Made by a program: the position numbers and the translations under genes. The notes beneath the pieces were generated by a model. It saw nothing but the letters and a program-made list of their open reading frames with translations. It did not search any database and was not told where the DNA came from. Positions 60,331 through 64,000 of a stretch of 64,000 bases of DNA are shown piece by piece; within the stretch, counting starts at the first letter, position 1; each line of letters opens with the position of its first letter. Source of the DNA: Paragordius varius (Eukaryota; Animalia; Nematomorpha); NCBI GenBank assembly GCA_964247055.1, contig OZ176051.1, positions 8,122,001 to 8,186,000 on the forward strand, given 5' to 3'.

Positions 60331-63300
60331 GTTGACAAATTTGGACATTTTAGATCACCGAATTATAAATTATGACTAATTTCAGTGTTTTTAAACCGAC
60401 CTAAATAAAAATTTTGATCCCCCCAATCATAATTTTGAGATATCGTAGTTTTTTCTTTTTCAAAAACAAGAAAAAATGGAGAGAAAGTTAAATATAACTT
60501 TATAATAAGTTATTATATTATAATATTTGTATCATTTAATAGCGCGTTTTCTCTATCTTATGAATATAAATATGTCACTTAATATCAGGGATAAAAAAAT
60601 AGTACGGATATAAACGTCAAAATTTAGTCTTTTTTTAATTTTAAACACGGATAAATTTAGATTAGAAAAATATTAAAAGAGGCATTCTATGGTTTAAACC
60701 TTTGGCGTTTAAATAAACTATATAAATTTTGTTAGTTTTCGTTATTTCTTGTGCTTGTTAGGGTTTTTCTCTTCCGTTGATAAAAAATCCTTTCACTTAT
60801 ACCTAGTGGATATAATTTGTATGATTGGCAGCGTTATTATATGAATTTCAGATAAATGTTGCGCAGCCACTTTTATTACCTGGATTATGGATAATATACT
60901 ACCTTAATTTTATGAAATGCAATAATATTTGAACTTACTATTCTTATCCGATTACATGGTAAAATCTGTCTAACTCTATTCTGTCAATTGGTTAATTTGA
61001 CATGTCAGTTTTAGATTTGCTTAAGTTAACTACTTTATATTGAAAGTCTCTCCTAACGGGCTTTAATCATTTCATTATTGTATACCTTTGCCAATCTGGC
61101 ATGATTTATAGGATTGCTTGGGGGATTTTTGCAGAGTTTATGCATAATCCCGGCGGGATATCATACCTTACACCATACATTAGCCCTTTTCTATAATATT
61201 TTTGATTTTAACTTTGGCTCTTAGAAATATATTTTAATTCTATATTAAAGTTTTGTATCCTCTTTTACTTCAACTTAACTCAATTTAGCCAAGACCACTG
61301 TCTCGATCGCAAGTTATTTCGCTCAAAAATATGGAACCTAGCAGATGGTGGAGAAACAACGACTTGATTTGATTTGATATTCAATAAATAGATATTTATT
61401 TATTGTATATTGTCCAATTCTTTGTCGAATAACAAGCCCGCTTGATAAGACGTTTCTCGTAAAAAGAGATAACAAACTTTGAGCAGCTAATTCGGGCAGT
61501 TTATATTTTAATATAAAGATCGATGACATTTGCATAAAGTTCTATTATATGGATCACAATAACATTTTCTGCAGAGTCTTCGTTAATAGAATCTTCTGTG
61601 TATCGTATACTGGGGCTGGTATATTTGGATCATTTTTGCATTTTTGTTAGAAAATTTAATGAAAAACCTTTGGAATACCACTTGTACTGACTTGCTCGTT
61701 TAAATATTTAATATGTACACGAGGAATTATTGTTTTAAAATTAGATACAAAATTTAAAAGTTAATTTCAAAATCCTGTTGGCGGCCTTAATTTTTTTTGT
61801 TTTGGCGTTTTCAAGCCATTAGGTAACAGGTAACAGAAAATGCAAAAAATGGAGTGGTGCAAAATCTTTTTGAGCAGTGATGTAAATATACAAAATTGAA
61901 CTCTAAGATATAAGACTCCAATATGTAAACTAATACAAAAAAGTGAAAAGGTGATAGTTTTTAATCGTTGTAAAAATTATTTGATTGTTAGACATTAAGG
62001 TTGATTGTTGAAACCTTAAAATAATATATAGTTGATTGGAAGTATTTCACGAAAATCGGTGCAAAAATGAAAAATACATGGTTGACCAAGAATGACTTAA
62101 TATTATTGAATGATATAATAATTATGAATTATTATTAAAAAGACTCCAATATTCAAAATAAGATATTTTGATTTTTTTTTATTGAAGCAAAGCTCCGCCA
62201 CCGCATGCACTCCGCGTATAGTGTGTTGTCCACCCCTCTGGTGAATTTACGTAGATATATATTCATATAAATTTTATAAAACAAATATGCGAAAAATACT
62301 ATATTTGATTACCGAAAATATATTTTGCTATAATTCAAGTTATTAAAAAAAGTGCGACTACATTAATGACTAATATTTCAGTTTTTTGGAAAAAATCTTT
62401 GAGATCACCGTCAATATTACATTTTAATTAGATGCTAAGTAGCAATTATTGTTGCGTTATATACACTATGCAGTTAATATATTTTTACTTAGCAAGTGGT
62501 TTAATTAATAAATCAAATTAATAATTGATTTTCAATTGTGAGGTCATAAGATTCTCAATATAAATGAAAAAAACTCATTCATGGCATCAAACATGTTGAT
62601 TTTAAAATTTTATTAATATAATAAAATGGGCAATAATAGATTACCGATGTGGCTAAATGCAAAAGATATGGAATTTAACCAAATTTTATTAATATTACAG
62701 TAATAATACATTACTACAATTACTTGATTAAAGTAAAAAATTTTAATTATTAATTCCTCGGCGCACTTTTGAATCTTATTCCTTTTTAGGCCTTTATCTC
62801 ATAAATAAATGGTACCAACCTTTTCTCGTTCTGGAAGAAATATGGCCCTTCTCCAAAGAACAATTTAAAAATGAGAAATTTATAATAATCAATGAGATCC
62901 CTGTATCTGCAATTGTTGATATATTAATATTACATTATTACAATTAATTAATTTAAGTACATAGTTCTAATTTTAATTCCCTCCTTGTGTCACTTTTGGA
63001 TACTTAAGCCCCTTATTCATCTTATAGATATATGCGTCCAACCCTTTCGTTTTATGTATAAAAAGTACACAACAAATAGTTATACTGTTGGTTATATGAT
63101 TTTAAATTGTTAATAAGGTATATTATGTTGTGTGGGATTAAATATGGTTTCTCGTTTTCTTATGCAAATTATATATATTAACAATTCGATAAATTCCAAA
63201 CCATAGGTGGTTACTAGATCGTAAATTAATGAACACTTGATATTAAATTGATATCTTTTTTTGCAAAAATAAATAATTTGTCTTTTTTATGAATGTTATA

Positions 63301-63707
63301 GTGCTCCTCTAAATTAGGGTCATGCAATTTGTTTTGTTCTGATAATTTAATTTTTTGTATAAAAAATTGGTTTTGCTCATGATGCCGAGATAGGACCATT
63401 AAAATATAATATATAGCACAGAAATATTAAGTCATTTTATCGTCAATAGAGTATTGTGATGATTTTAAGGAAAATAAAGGTGTTTTAATTAGAATTAATT
63501 GTTTTGGCTTTAGGATAAATTTTTAGATAATTAACAACCATTTTACTTACTAATAACAAAATCGATAAATGGGAGAGTAAAATTGGAACACATTACTAAT
63601 TAATTCGAAAATATCAAGATATATTTCACTAACTTGCCCTTTATATATTTACGTGATTTTTATATCCAATTTGGAACCTAAAAATTTTTCCATTCAAACA
63701 AGCACAC

Positions 63708-64000
63708 ATGGAACCCATAAACTCTGCAAGTACGACTCTTTTGTACCGGCATCATAATGAAACAAATAACAGTATTTTACCTTTTTGCGATGACGTAAGC
63801 ACTTACACTCCACTGTCACATTTCCTTTTCAATTACCTTATACCGCTGATAATTGTTTTGGGAATTTTTGGAAATCTTTTTGGTCTTTTTATCAATGTAA
63901 GAATTTATGGTGGGGGAACATACAGTTCTGGGTGCATGCGCCGCACATTAAACGCCATATTTGGGCTAAAACAACTGCCTACAACCCTAAGAAACAATCA
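63708..64000 (+). CDS. Class A (rhodopsin-like) GPCR, N-terminus and TM1; peptide-receptor-like; truncated by the window edge
   Basis: Open frame from ATG 63708 to the window end (missing from the ORF track because no stop is reached): MEPINSASTTLLYRHHNETNNSILPFCDDVSTYTPLSHFLFNYLIPLIIVLGIFGNLFGLFINVRIY... It has N-glycosylation sequons (NET, NNS) and a hydrophobic helix ending in the class-A TM1 'GN' motif. Confidence 0.7.
   Translation, partial: MEPINSASTTLLYRHHNETNNSILPFCDDVSTYTPLSHFLFNYLIPLIIVLGIFGNLFGLFINVRIYGGGTYSSGCMRRTLNAIFGLKQLPTTLRNN

Noticed and set aside
60900-61250. Possible second LINE RT fragment (...DIPPGL...PDWQ...)
   Set aside because: Too few conserved residues to distinguish from chance.

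Overview
A 64-kb window of very AT-rich animal (probably protostome) nuclear DNA; the species cannot be fixed from sequence alone. Three intron-containing genes lie on the minus strand. (1) The 5' part of an AMPK gamma-subunit gene (exon 2104-2977) runs off the left edge. (2) An 18-exon Meis/homothorax TALE homeobox gene (8848-30822) encodes an unusually long protein of about 1390 aa. (3) A 9-exon mannose-6-phosphate isomerase (MPI) gene spans 42969-50039. A class-A GPCR ORF starts at 63708 (+) and runs off the right edge. Intergenic and intronic DNA is full of DNA-transposon debris: two piggyBac-like TTAA MITE families (one copy nested in itself), several hAT elements with exact 8-bp TSDs, two Mos1-like mariner relics and an RTE-like RT relic. 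The most striking observation is that the first two MPI introns appear to be only 21 and 23 nt long. Both are GT-AG and interrupt conserved MPI motifs. The 23-nt intron is obligatory for the reading frame. They coexist with ordinary introns of 65 nt to 11.4 kb and with degenerate splice signals. All gene models were built by hand from splice signals, frame continuity and recalled family motifs; no searches were run.
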